NCBI GenBank assembly: GCA_021613535.1
Contig: CP075494.1
Span: 7,254,001-7,318,000 of the forward strand
From: Adineta vaga
Lineage: Eukaryota; Animalia; Rotifera
DNA length: 64,000 nucleotides
Direction: 5' to 3'
Under the pieces are notes generated by a model, which saw only the letters and a list, made by a program, of their open reading frames with translations, did not search any database and was not told the DNA's origin. The translations under genes and the position numbers were made by a program. Below, one piece after another: positions 47,600-60,781 of this stretch. Numbering within the stretch: the stretch's first letter is position 1; each line of letters starts with the position of its first letter.

Positions 47600-50500
47600 A
47601 TGAGTGACATCGAAAATCAACAACAACTTTCATCTTCAATACCACTTCTTACTGATATAGAAACTACGGAAGATGTTCTATTAACCAATGATCAACTTAA
47701 CGAAGAAATTGACGATGAATTTTTACAGTGTGTTATACCAGAAGTCTACGATTGGAATGCAAGTTTAATAAGTCAAGTTTGTTGATTGAATAATGTTTTC
47801 AACCTACTGTGATTATTATTCCTATTTAGATTTGTCGTGATGGTGATTTACATCGTTTACGTTCATTTGTTGAATATAGTCGACAAATGACGACATGCGC
47901 TAAACATGCAAGTCAAATTGCTGATCGAATTGATATTGACACAGGTCTTTCACCTCTGCATCATGCTGCTCGATATCAACAATTACATATTTGTTTAATT
48001 CTTCTATCAAATATTCATTTTAAGTATAAATATATGAAATCAAATCCTAATCTACAAACATCATACGATCTATTCTTTATAGGTTTGGCGTAAACATTAA
48101 AGATGCTAATGATCGTACACCAATGCATTCAGTATTTCGTTCATCAAATACTATATCAGATTTCAAAGATGATTTTAATCCAAAAACTGATTTTGGAGAT
48201 GAAGTATGAACATCATCATTGATTTTAACGTACTATCTTTTATTCATTTATTCACTCAGTTGCAAGATATGCAAAGTTGGCAAGACGATTACAAAACAAA
48301 TATTCTTACAAGTGATCATCCATTGATTTATTTATTTGCTAAAGTTAATGGAGATATTAATGCACGTGATAAATATCTTCTTACACCACTTCATTGTGCT
48401 GTAGCTCGAAATAATCTACCAGGTGTCAAACAATTAATTTCCTTGAAAGCAAATATTGAGGTAAATCGTTTCTAAAGAAATTTTATGATCGTTTTTAACA
48501 GTAAGATCTTTTATTTTAGGCAGAAGATCGTCAAGGAATCCGTCCATTTCATTTAGCATGTAAAGAAGGTTATTTAACCATTGTTGAATATTTATTGGAA
48601 CAAAAAGTAGAAATTGATGTGCTCGATGTCGATCATTGGACATCAATGCATTATGCATGTGCTAGAGGACATTTAGAAGTAGTGAAATTAATCCATTCAA
48701 AAGAGGAATTAATCTTTCAAGATCTCCTAGAAATGAAAACAAATACGAATGCAACATGTTTACATTTAGCTGTACAGAATGGAAATATTGAATTAGTAGA
48801 TTATATTCTCAATACATATACAGGCGATGATTTGATAGTATTTATTAATGAACACACCGAACCATTAGGAACTGCATTACATATTGCAGGTAAGATCGAT
48901 CTCTTTTTTTATATCAAAAGATTTTACTTTGTTTTTCTAGCAAAAGTTTGTGATCCATTGGTGATTGATCTGCTTTATCAGCATGGTGCAGATCCAAATA
49001 TATTAAATTCAAATGAACAATCTTCACTTCACATAGCAAGTGTATCAAATCGTCTTGATATTATTCAACAACTTCATAAACTTACAAGTTCATCTTTATT
49101 AGAAATTAAAGATCATCGTGGTCGAACAGCATTGTCTGTTACTACAAATCCCGATATAACCGATCAATTGCTTTCCTTTGGTGCTGATATTTCAAGTCTT
49201 GATAATAATAATATGAATGCAATTATGATTGCTGTATCTACGGGTCAAATTAATATTGTGAATCGTCTATTATCTTCACTTAATGATCAATTATATTCTA
49301 TACTTGATCAAGTAGAAAAACGAAATGATTATTCCATCTTTCTCATTGCCGTTCAAACAGGTTCTATTGACATGTGTTCATTATTATTAACTCATCCATA
49401 TATACGATGGGATACTATTGATAAACAACGTCGAAATGCGTTTCATATAGCTGCACGAAATAATCATTATGACTTAATTGAATTTCTTTGTGATTATATT
49501 CAAAAATCCAATCGATTTATGAGAATGAAAAGTCGTAGTTATTCAACTGCAACGACAATTGATTCGACAGATTCCATTAATATTTCTATGGTAACACCTA
49601 TCTTACGTTTATATATCGATGCCCAAAATGAAGATGGTAAAACTCCATTGCATCTCGCAGCTGAACATGGTCATAATTCATCTATCAACTCACTTCTTCA
49701 ATATAATGCAGATGTTTTACTTGCCAATTATCTTGGTCAATTACCACTTCATGCTGCTATACAAAATGGACATAGTCAATGTGTCGAATTATTAATAAAA
49801 ACTTCTCTAAAAGATATAAATGAATTTCGTTCAATTTTATCTCGAAGACAATCACCATTGATTTCTGCTTGTCAAAATGGTTTTGTTGATATTGTCGAAC
49901 TTTTGATTTCTCAAAATCTTGGTGTTGATTTTGATCAAGAAAAAGAAGAAACTCCTCTAGAAATAGCGATCAAATATCCAAACAGATGCTATTCATGTTC
50001 TTTTAGAACATCCACATACAGAATATTGGTTAATGTCACGAAGAAATTCAGAAAATTGTTCTTATCAAACACCATTAAGAGATATGATTCGTTATATGCC
50101 AGATTGTGCACATCATGCATTTGATAAATTAATATTAAAAACAACTGAAATCGATTCATCTGAAGTGACATTCGAACGAACAACTTATAAATATAAATAT
50201 AAATATATTGATGATTATTTTCTGTAAGTAAAAACACCTTTTCTTTCTCGTTATTCATTTTGAACTTGTTTAGGGATAATAACGAATTATATACCAATAG
50301 CAGTCGTCAATTATATCGTAATCATCCATTTATTATTGCTCTTGATCATGAACATCATTCTTTACTCGATCATCCTTTTGCTGTACAATTAATGAAACGA
50401 AAATGGAAATTATATCGTCCATTATTTTATTTTCCTCGAATTTTAGCGTTCTTACTTTTATCGTTTCTAACAATTTATGTTCTTTCAACTCCAGCACCCA

Positions 50501-51570
50501 TTAAAAATTCTTCTTCTTCTTCATCAACAATATCTGGGTTATCTTCGATAATGCTTAGTTCAACGATTCAATGGATTATTATCACATTATCTTCAATAAA
50601 TTTATTGAAAATTTTCATTGAAATCATTCTTTATCGAGGTTTACGTGTACCATTTGCACAATTATTTGGCATCATATCCTTTACATCATCAATTCTTGCT
50701 TTTATACCTTATAAAAATTTCACGGAAGAAATGAAATATTTTCAATGGCAATTAACATCATTTGCAGTCTTATTTCAATGGTTCCATACAGCTGTTATTC
50801 TTCGTTCAGTTCCATCTTTTGGCTATTATGTTGTTATGTTGGAATCAATTTTAACTAAATTTACAATATTGTTACTTGCCATGTCTCCATTATTCATTGC
50901 TTTTACAATATCCAAACAAATGATATTTTTTAATCAACCATCTTTTGTAACATTATCGTTAACTTTACATAAATCTTCATCCATGATTATTGGTGAATTT
51001 GATTATGAAACATTATTCTTTTCAAAAGCAACATTTACAATTGCATCATTTATTTTCATTCCATTTATTGTTGTAATGACGATTGTTTTACTCAATCTTC
51101 TATTAGGTCTTACAGTGGGTAGTATTCAAGATTCAAAAGATAATGCACGATCAAAAGCGAGTATGTAATCATTTTTTCAATTCTACGTTCAATTGATTCG
51201 TTTCGGTTTAGATGCATATTGGATTCGTGAACTTATTTATATTGAAACAACTTTACCTAGTAAATCTTGGTTAAAAGCAAATATAGCTGAACATGAAAAT
51301 GTTGATCCTGAGCAAAACAAAGAATTGATTTCGAATAAGACTAACTCAAAAGAAGAAGATAATGATGATGAAGCATTTGTCAATCATCCTATTGCGGTAG
51401 AATTGAAAAAATTAGCTGATATTCTTCAATTATTATGTGTACAAACAAAACAAGTTTTAGAACAAGAAATTGATTTAGAAAGAATATTAAAACAATTATT
51501 AAGACGACAAAAAAGTCGAGATTCATCACGATCAGATTTAGATCAATTTTTAACAGTAAAATATGATTAA
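47600..51570 (+). CDS. TRPA1: TRPA-family ankyrin-repeat cation channel with one frameshift at ~49978 (possible pseudogene or sequence error)
   Basis: Many ankyrin repeats, LLDHP...LMKRKW pre-S1 motif, six TM helices, pore SMIIGEFDY, S6 IVLLNLLLGLTVGSI. The reading frame breaks at TAT-C-CAA. Confidence 0.85.
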
Positions 51571-52510
51571 ACTTAAATAAATAAAGACGATTTCAATGAT
51601 CATCTGTTACCTTCATGAACCAATGTGATTGTACTTCATTCACTCTATAGATTTGAAAAAGAATACTTTGAAAAGATTGTTTTATGAAACCAACTAAATG
51701 TACTATCTCACTCATATGTAACACATCTAGGCAACACTTTTTCGTTCTCTCAACTTGAACTGCAATAACACTTAACGAAAAAAAAAAGTTCTCAGAGAAT
51801 CTAAAAAAACACACATACATACATACATACACACAGAAGAAAATTATCGCCCATTCAAATCCCATAGTCAATTTGATATATTTATTTAATCATGAAATTC
51901 AGTGTTACAAATAGATTCTCTGCTTTATTCTTATCACATTGTTTCAGATGCTACTTTTATCATTCGACAACATACCATTCCATTCATACATATTTCAGCA
52001 TCTCCTGGCTTCTTATATATACACATATCTACAAAATCTTTCAGTTTTTCGAATTGTTTATGTTATTCTTTCATCCAAAAAGGTAAAAGTGTGTTTATAT
52101 AATCTTTGAAGAAATACAATATAGAATCTCTTGACTGTGAGATCATTTTTTTTGTTATAATTGATTCAATTACTAGTCCACGATAAATAGTATCTGATTT
52201 CTATAAGATGTTTTTCTATCCAAAATGAGACAGTTTGTTGTTGTCGTGTGATTTGCAAACCACTCGAACACCTACAGACAACAATTTCACTCAACAAAAA
52301 CACTATTTTTAGTCATCTTTGTCTGTAAATAATATGCTCTTTCTTCACCTTTTCTTTCAGAAACTTGCACTTTCTCTTACACAATTCTGAATTTGTTAAT
52401 GACGTCTGTTGTTTTTTTTCAAAGTCTTCTTAGCTGAGAACATTCTACGTATTGTAAGTTTAATTAGAACATATCCGAAATTGTTTATTAGTTTGTAACA
52501 ATGAACAATG

Positions 52511-52582
52511 TCCGCGGTAGTATAGTGGTGAGTATCCCCGCCTGTCACGCGGGAAACCGGGGTTCGATTCCCCGCCGCGGAG
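52511..52582 (+). tRNA. tRNA-Asp (GTC)
   Basis: Acceptor stem TCCGCGG/CCGCGGA, D-arm TAGTATAGTGGTGAGTAT, anticodon arm CCCGC-CTGTCAC-GCGGG, T-loop GGTTCGATTCC. Confidence 0.97.
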
Positions 52583-52589
52583 TCTAATC

Positions 52590-52595
52590 TTTTTT
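52590..52595 (+). terminator. Pol III oligo-T terminator
   Basis: T6 run 7 nt after the tRNA 3' end. Confidence 0.8.
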
Positions 52596-53907
52596 GCTAC
52601 GTATTTTATCAGTATAAGAAGAAAAGTTCGAAAGAAATGAAAATTTCTTTCATGCATAAATAACATTTTTTGCATCATCGTTAAATGAACAAATCGATTT
52701 GTCCTTATAATTCTGATGGGATATTAATCATGCTGAATAAGATTGAAGTTTTTCTTTTTATTATTTTTATTGATTATAGAGGCAACACTAGTAAGCAGTG
52801 AAAGAATAACTTTAATTATATATTTAAGGATTACGAAAGATTAATTCAATCGTTCAGTTTTCTTTTTCTCGCTCTCCATCTCATTCTCTCTATTCAGAAG
52901 AGATTGTATGAAAGTAGTCATTTAAAAAATTGGATGGTCCATTCATTTTTCTCTCTCTCTCTCTTTCTAAAATATGAAGAAAAAGAAAGATCAAAGCAAG
53001 GTATGTTAAGAAGTAGCTATATTTTAATTGTATATCATTCTTTCAATGAACAACACATGTTATTAAGATGAATATAACAATCGAATTCTATCGCGTACGA
53101 TACACATGTCTGATATTGTTTATACGATATAGATGGTAGTTTATATTACATAATTAACATATATGGACAGTTACATTTCTATAGCATTCACATAGAACAG
53201 TAAGTCATAACGACATATTTCAGTAGGTATAAGGAAGGTTTCTTTTTCTTTTTACTATTCGTTCATAAAAAAAATATCGATATCTAATGATCGTTACTCA
53301 TAATATATCTTAATGAATAAATAAGAGCTTTTCAATTGAGATTTAATGAACATATAAAGTAAAAAATAATTGATTTCCAATTTGAAATAGAAATGTTAAC
53401 GGTCCTTCGACAGTACGATAAAGAATTTGAACAATAATTATAATAAATACAAACATATTATAAGAGACGAGAGAGAGAGAGAGTGTCTTTCTTTCTTTCT
53501 TTTTATGGAACATTTGTCCCTGAAAATATCTCGTTGTTTGTCGAATTTTTGTCAGTAAAATTTATGGTTTCTTATATATATATATATAAATCGAGTCATA
53601 TAACTTATTTCAAAGACTAAATTTTGTAATTATTAGAGTTAAAGTTTATTTTTCTTTGCTTCAATTTAATTCATTCGAACGATCGAGAATAAGAAATGTG
53701 ATGAAGGACAGTTTATCATTATATATCTAGGTAGTTAAACGTGTCGTTATTTTTCAATATGTCAGGTACAATCATTATTTGAATATTATTTCTCCTTCAT
53801 ATTTATGAGTAGACTTGATTTTACTTAAGCTTTTTTCCTATCTTTACGTGTGTAACTTCTAGGTCAATCTTTGTTTATTAAACCAGGAATATTTTTCATC
53901 AAAGAAA

Positions 53908-56703
53908 ATGGGGAAACATGAACGATATTCAATGAATTCATCATTATCCTATTTCACATCAAAAAATGATGATAATGTAAATGATTCAATTTGGAATAAT
54001 CCCAATGAACTCGACTTACTTGATATGAAAAAATCATCGATGATATCTAATTTCAATTGTTTCCTTCAAATTCTTCCTAATCTTCGAAAATTATATACCT
54101 TATTTGATTCTCTTTGTCCAAATATTTATCGTATTCATTGTACAAATTCATTACAAATTTTACAAGAAATCATTTGTCTTGCAGAAGAATATATTCATAT
54201 ATCACCAATTTCAACAATATCAACACATGAATTACTTACAAATGAGAAACATTTCGATAATTTTATTACCAAATTTAAACAATCAAACTTATCTCGTAAA
54301 CAATTATCTCCAACACAAAAGATTGATATACATTGTTTTGGTCAAGGTATTCAATCTTATCATCCATATAATGAGTTGAATCAAACGATTCTATTTTGTT
54401 TCGAATTAACATCAACAATAAAAACAAATCTTTCCTTACCAATTGATGTTATTATCTTAGATCCTGATGAAAATCTTGTTGCTATTGATTTACAATATAT
54501 CAATACATATAATCAAGGTTATACGAAACTATTTTCATGTCAATATGTTCCAATTAATAAAGCAGGCATCTATCGAATCTCATTTTTTCATAATAATAAT
54601 AAAATAATTAATCAACAACATATGATTTTTATACGAAATTCTACGCCAAATTATGCTTCTTATGAAAAGAAAGACTTGACATTAGTTGAAGAAATAATAA
54701 AACCAGCTCAACAAGGTAAATAACCATATAATTTTATTCTTATCTAATTGTGAAAAGAAAACGACAAATTGGTTTCAGTCAGTATATTGATATAGAAAAT
54801 CAACATTTTTTTTTTCTTTTTACTTCTTACAGCTACTTGAGATTTAATTATTTATTTCCGTTAGCAAAATAAAATACTTGACTTAACTATTAGAACATTT
54901 TCGATTTACTTTCGTGAATATATTGAAAGGAATAAAATACTAGAATCGAGGAAAAATATACACTTGTTGTATATCGAAATCATCATCTCTACTAATAAGT
55001 TTCATTCGAACGTTATCAGAAAAGAAGAAGAAGAAAAGAAAATAACGCCATGCGTATATACACCATAGACTTGTAATTCGATATCATTTTCTGTTCTAAT
55101 CGATTTGATGTAAACGCATCATTTCATCATGACACATCCACCGTATCGTTCGCAAATTCTTTCTAATTTATGTATAAGTAAGAAAAATGATTGACTATTC
55201 TTCAATTCTGAAATGACAATCTTATTCTCTGTTCTTAGAAGTACCTCAATACGAATTAGAAGGTGATGGATGTTCAACAAAAATTATCGTTAATTCAATT
55301 GCACGTTTTCGTCTTCGATTGAAATCTTCATACATGACATATCAAAATTCTACAGTAGATTCATTTTCACTTTCAATTCTTGATCCATATGGTCACACGA
55401 TTGTTGTTCAACGTCGTAGTTTATCGCCTGATCTACTTGAATTAACTTATCAACCGATGTCAGTAGGTGAACATCGATTATCAATCTTATTCAATAATGC
55501 CATTGATCGGCAAGTCGTTATCGATGTTATTCCCGATGAAGTGAATTTTCCATCGAAACTAAAACCATTTGGTCCTGGTCTTAAACGTGCAATCGTTGGT
55601 TTACCAACAGAATTCTATGTTGATCTTAATCAAACTATTCATCAAAATATACATTTTCGTTTAGAACCATCTTATCAAGCTGAAATTGATTATGAACAAC
55701 AAATGGCAACTGTACGATATGTTCCATTGAAAGAAGGCCCATGTCCTATATATATACTCGAAAATGATAAAGATATAACAGACTCACCATTTATTGCACA
55801 TGTGGAAAAAAGTTTAACATTACGTGAGAAACCACGTATACGTGTTGTTGGTTTACCCAAAGAAATTATGTTACATCGAATGGTAGAATTTCAAGTAAGA
55901 TCAAATGAAAAATAAACTTATATAAATAGACACTGTCAAGGTTCTTTTAATAATTGACTTGTTTCGACAGGTAAAACTATATCGTTAAGGAGAAAAAGGA
56001 GATTCAAAAAAATATAAAATTGATTTGTCTCATAAATATTTGGTGCTCTGATATTTTCATTCGAATATAGGAAAACATCATGTTAATTTATTCACTTTTC
56101 TCTTTCAAGGTCTTTATTGACAATCCATTCGATGATTCAAGTAATCTTCTCAATGTTGAGATCTTAACTGATGATACTCATTCACCATCGATTTCAATAC
56201 GTCGCCGTCATCGATCATCCTATGTATGTTCATTTATACCTATTACCTTAGGCAATCATTTTATATCAGTTGATTACGCGGGAATTGTTGCTGAATATAA
56301 TCCATTCAATAGTCAAGCGATTCAAGAAAAAGATATTCTATTAACTGGCCCAGCTGTCAAGAATGCATGTGTACCATTGAATCAACCAACACATTTTTCA
56401 TTTTCATTGAAAGATTGTTTGACAACCAATTTAAACGAAAAGAATTCCACATATGAAAGTGGATATAGTTCAAATGATGAAATCTCTTCAAAATCGTCAC
56501 TTTCATCATCTTCAACTGATATTCAAACATCAGCAAGTGAAGATGAAAATAATTATCGTGTGACAATTACTGATGGACATGGAAATATCAAACCAAATGT
56601 TCTTATAAAAGAATTTTATGATACAAAAAACGAGAATAATATTCGCGTAGATTTTACACCGGATGAACAAATTTTGTATATAAATATTTCTTGTACTTGG
56701 TAA
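53908..56703 (+). CDS. Filamin/ABP280-repeat protein with no recognisable actin-binding CH domains
   Basis: Exons 53908-54715, 55239-55894 and 56110-56703. Repeats with FGQGI...ILDPD...YVPINKAGIYRISF, ILDPYG...YQPMSVGEHRLSI, KPFGPGLKRAIVGLPTEFYVD...DSPF and FIPITLGNHFISV...NPF. Confidence 0.75.
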
Positions 56704-57180
56704 AAACAAAATGTCTTTTAGATTATCAAAATCATTTCTATGACGGGTATATGAAATAAATAAATAAATACGAAATTCTTCAATATTAACAGAAAATCCT
56801 AACTATACATGTACTTAAATTTTATCATAGAGAGAAATCTGAATGCACAAAATCATATTATTGATATTCATGTTTCGAATTAACTTCATCTGTTCTTTCT
56901 CTTTCTCTCATTCGTTCAACTTGCTCTTCTTAATTAATCAAAGAACATAATTTTGTTCTTTTCTCTATTGTACAACAAGCTCATATGAGAAACAATTACA
57001 TCAATTAAGAATTCAGATCACATCATACAAATTGTTAGTAGTTTAACGTTATTAATTGTAAGCAATTGTTCTTTCGCTGTAATTATTAATCTATGTGCCA
57101 TACATAAATAAGCATTGCATTTCATTTTTAAACTTCACATTTTCAAAACATTTCATATCACTAAATCATATCACTAAATC

Positions 57181-57488
57181 ATGAAGTAAGTAGTACATAT
57201 ACATATGTTTCATTTACTTATTCTTATCAATGATATTCTATTTCTAGTTCAACACTCTTCGAACCAAAATCAGCATCGACACCAAAAAAATTCAATACAT
57301 CTATTGTGATTCCTAATTTATGTTCTACGCCACGACCAGCTCATATACGATGGTCTTTATCGAAATGTACACCTCGTCCAGTTGATTCTTCAACACCAAA
57401 AACTAAAAAATTCAAGAAATCTGCTGTTCCTAATCTTCATCATCTAGTTTATCCATCAGCACAATCGATGAAAATTTGGATCTTATAA
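57181..57488 (+). CDS. Small basic Ser/Thr-Pro-rich protein (81 aa), unknown
   Basis: 5-nt first coding exon (ATGAA|gtaagt), acceptor at 57247, open to TAA at 57488, AATAAA downstream. Confidence 0.6.
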
Positions 57489-57617
57489 ATTATCGTTCTT
57501 TTCATTTTCTCTTTTATACAATCTGTTTTTAGTTCTCTAAATTATTCTGAAATAAAAGATGAAAAATGTAAAAGATATTTCCATTTATTGCAAAAGATAC
57601 AAAAATAAGTTCGATGG

Positions 57618-57830
57618 TTAACTTATTTGATCTGCATCAGAATCTAATGATTGTAAAACATCGAGTAGATGTTTTAATTTTTCTTTTTGCATTTCAACAC
57701 GTATCATTCGTTGAATAATTAAACGTTGTTGAGATTCAATCTTTTGAATTTCGGCGGCTTTATTATCATCTTGCATATTATTTAATGATTGTTGGCATTT
57801 ATTCGATTGGTCTTTCATGTACATCGACAT
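57618..57830 (-). CDS. Small coiled-coil protein, paralogue 1
   Basis: Intronless ORF similar to the neighbouring ORF at 58179-58523; AATAAA just downstream on the minus strand. Confidence 0.55.
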   Translation of the reverse strand: MSMYMKDQSNKCQQSLNNMQDDNKAAEIQKIESQQRLIIQRMIRVEMQKEKLKHLLDVLQSLDSDADQIS

Positions 57831-58178
57831 ACGTTGTTTGTTTTGTTTATTCGATAATATGAATCGTGTTCGAGTGACTGAATGTTGCTTTTTTCTACTT
57901 TTTTTATGACGGGTTTGTGTTAGTTTCTACGATCAGTGTGTTTCGAAATATCGGATCAGAGAAGGTGAGCCATGCATGACAAACGAAGAATGATGAAAAT
58001 AACATTGATGAAGTATGTACTTCGAAAAAGGACAGGGATTTATGTCATGATAATCTTATGTAGTATATGAATGCTGTCGTTAAGAATAGAAAGTGAATAC
58101 GATGAATACTTGTATTTATTGCGAAAAAACACACTGTACAAAAACAAGATAACAAATATATAAGTAAACTTTGAGTTT

Positions 58179-58523
58179 TTAAGTTTGTTTGGAATGTGAA
58201 TTGATGCGTTTGATTTGACGAAGTTGAGATTTGGTTGTTTTCTTTTGAACGTTCGATTTCATTGACCGTACTAGTTCTAATAAATCTTGTAATCGTTGTT
58301 TTTCAGCATCAATACGAGTGATTTCATCAACGATCAAACATTGTTCATATTCGATTTGGTGAAGTTCTCGAATTGCATTAGATAGTATATGATGTTTGAA
58401 TAATTTTGACAAATGATTGTTCATTTCATCAGGCATTTCCTCATTTTCGATATCCGAATATGAATGTTCAGTATCATTGATCGACGATAAACCGCTTGTA
58501 GACGATGATGATGAATTAGCCAT
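58179..58523 (-). CDS. Small coiled-coil protein, paralogue 2
   Basis: Intronless 114-aa ORF; ELHQIEYEQCLIVDEITRIDAEKQRLQDLLELVRSM aligns with EIQKIESQQRLIIQRMIRVEMQKEKLKHLLDVLQSL; AATAAA downstream. Confidence 0.6.
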   Translation of the reverse strand: MANSSSSSTSGLSSINDTEHSYSDIENEEMPDEMNNHLSKLFKHHILSNAIRELHQIEYEQCLIVDEITRIDAEKQRLQDLLELVRSMKSNVQKKTTKSQLRQIKRINSHSKQT

Positions 58524-59422
58524 TTAATTTCTGATGACGATATATCAGATAAAGAGATGAGAACACGATGACATACTGATCTGAAGTAATTACTGGTAGT
58601 ATATATACATACAAGCAGAATGACTCGTATAGAGAGAATAGAGAGTGATAAACAAACAATTAAAAAGAAAAAAATGTCGATATAAAGGTAATTACGTGTG
58701 CATTCATCCGTATCATGAAAAGATAATAAACATTGTATATAATGATAATTTAATCGACAAATGATTTAGAAGAAAAATAGATGATACATGCAAAACTATT
58801 ATCAGACTACTGTATAATCCTTATTGTCAATGTTATGTCATATAGAACGGATTATTTTTTTTTGTTTATTAAAGAGTAATCTCCTTTGTGGCAAAGATAC
58901 AAAATATGACGTAGAAAAAAAAGTGTGCTTATAAGTTCAAAGTTTCTAAATGACATAAATAAATATCATAATATAAAAAAAGATTCTTCTACTATTCCGA
59001 GATATGAATATAATTCAATAAATCATTTGACTCTTCGTCTTGCATGTATTTTTTGTCAATATTATTGTTTTTATTATTATTATTATATTAAAAAATAAAT
59101 GTCACTCGACTTTATATTTTGCTTGTTTTTTTTCTTCGCAAAACATAGTAGGATGATCGTAATTAAATTGCGAACAACATTCGTTTCGAGAATAAATCTA
59201 TTTGTCAATTTGATTCTAATATTTCTCTTTCTTTCACATTGATTTAGTTGATATAATCTCAAATTTCGAGATTGTTCACTCATTTACATTGAGATTTACT
59301 CTACCGTTGTTGCGGAGAAAGAAAAAAAAAGAAATGTAATTTATTCTTTTCTCCATTTTTAAAGAACTGAAAAGAAAAATAACATTGGATTCTCTTTCGT
59401 CAATTCTTTTTTCTTTCTTCTA

Positions 59423-59482
59423 TTTCTAGAACACTCGCGAACTTTTTCATTGTCTCTTCACTTTATATATATATATATAAAA
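59423..59482 (+). promoter_or_regulatory. Heat-shock-element-like array plus TATA box upstream of MLF
   Basis: tTTCt-aGAAc-aCTCg-cGAAc in 5-bp register (59423-59442), then (TA)n-TATAAAAG, about 50 nt before the ATG. Confidence 0.5.
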
Positions 59483-59531
59483 GAAAGAAGGCGGCGCAAA
59501 ACTTTTATTTCAATTATTTTAATTAAATAAA

Positions 59532-60321
59532 ATGAATAGCTTAGGAATGTTTCGCAACGATCCATTTTTTTCTGGTCTTGATCTTCCATCTCAAGGTTTA
59601 TCATTAGAAAATCGATCGCGAAATGGCCATTCCAATCGACAAATCAGTCAACATCAACAAACTAATGATCAAAGTTTATCAATGTTAGACAATCCATTTG
59701 GATTCGTGGAAAATATGATGGCGAATATGGGACAAATGTTTAATCAAATGCAACCAATGTTGAGTCAAAATTTCAATGGTCAAAATGGTCAAGGTCTTTC
59801 CTTTAGTTCAGCAACAGTAATGAGTATGGATAGACGAAATCCTGATCAACCGAGAATTATTCAAGCAACATCAGAACAATTGCGTGGACCTGAAGGTAAA
59901 TTTAGAAGTTTTCTTTTTTTTTGTAATTTTATTAAATGAATTTCTTTTAGGTCTTGAACGAACACGTAAAGCAGTTCGTGATACAGGACGAAATTTCGAA
60001 AGGATGGAAGTTGCTCATCGACTTGGTGAACGTGGTCATCGAATAACTAAAGAACGTGATCCATCAAGTGGACGTATTTTAGAACACCGTGATTTTGAAC
60101 ATATTGAGGATGAAAATGAATTCGAACGTGAATGGTTCAATCGAGCTGAACAATATGGTTTTAAAAATTCTAATCGAAATGGTTTTAATGGATATACGGA
60201 TAAATTATTGATGACTCCACCATCATATGGACGTCTTCGATCACAATCACAAGAACCAAGACAATTAGCCATCGAACATTCACGATCAGATAAGAATTCT
60301 AAACAACGACGAAAGAATTAA
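59532..60321 (+). CDS. MLF: Myeloid leukemia factor
   Basis: SFSSATVMSM, IQATS, GPEGLERTRKAVRD, HRLGERGHRI and EFEREW are Mlf1IP-family hallmarks; intron 59896-59950. Confidence 0.9.
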
Positions 60322-60781
60322 CATTTATATAAATATTTCTTTTTCTTTTATGTTCTTGAAGTTTGGATAATAAAAATAGTTTGTACATAAATGAATGAGC
60401 TTCTTTCATTTATTTCAAATGTTAAATAATCAACAGAGATTCAAAAAGGAGAGCGAGTACTATGATACTAACAAAACATTTTCAGTTTACATTTCTTCGG
60501 GTCATCTTTACCATAATGCATTGTATTCTTTTTTTTTTTCTTTCTTTGAAGTATTACAGATTCGGAAATTGTACTGAAAATAACCGGATATTCCATTATC
60601 GGTTTATATCTCATATGAAGTTTTTATTGTTCATATCGTCTGGTTGTGTAAAGATTTTTATAACTAGGTCGTTGACTAAATAAAAGAATCTTTAATGGCC
60701 TACTGTGGAAGAGTAAAATGCAAGAACAAGAAATAGAAAAATAAGTCAAATGATAACTACTACGGTCAGTTATATTATATT

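Noticed and set aside
52460-52678. 72-aa minus-strand ORF
   Set aside because: It is the antisense reading of the tRNA-Asp gene.
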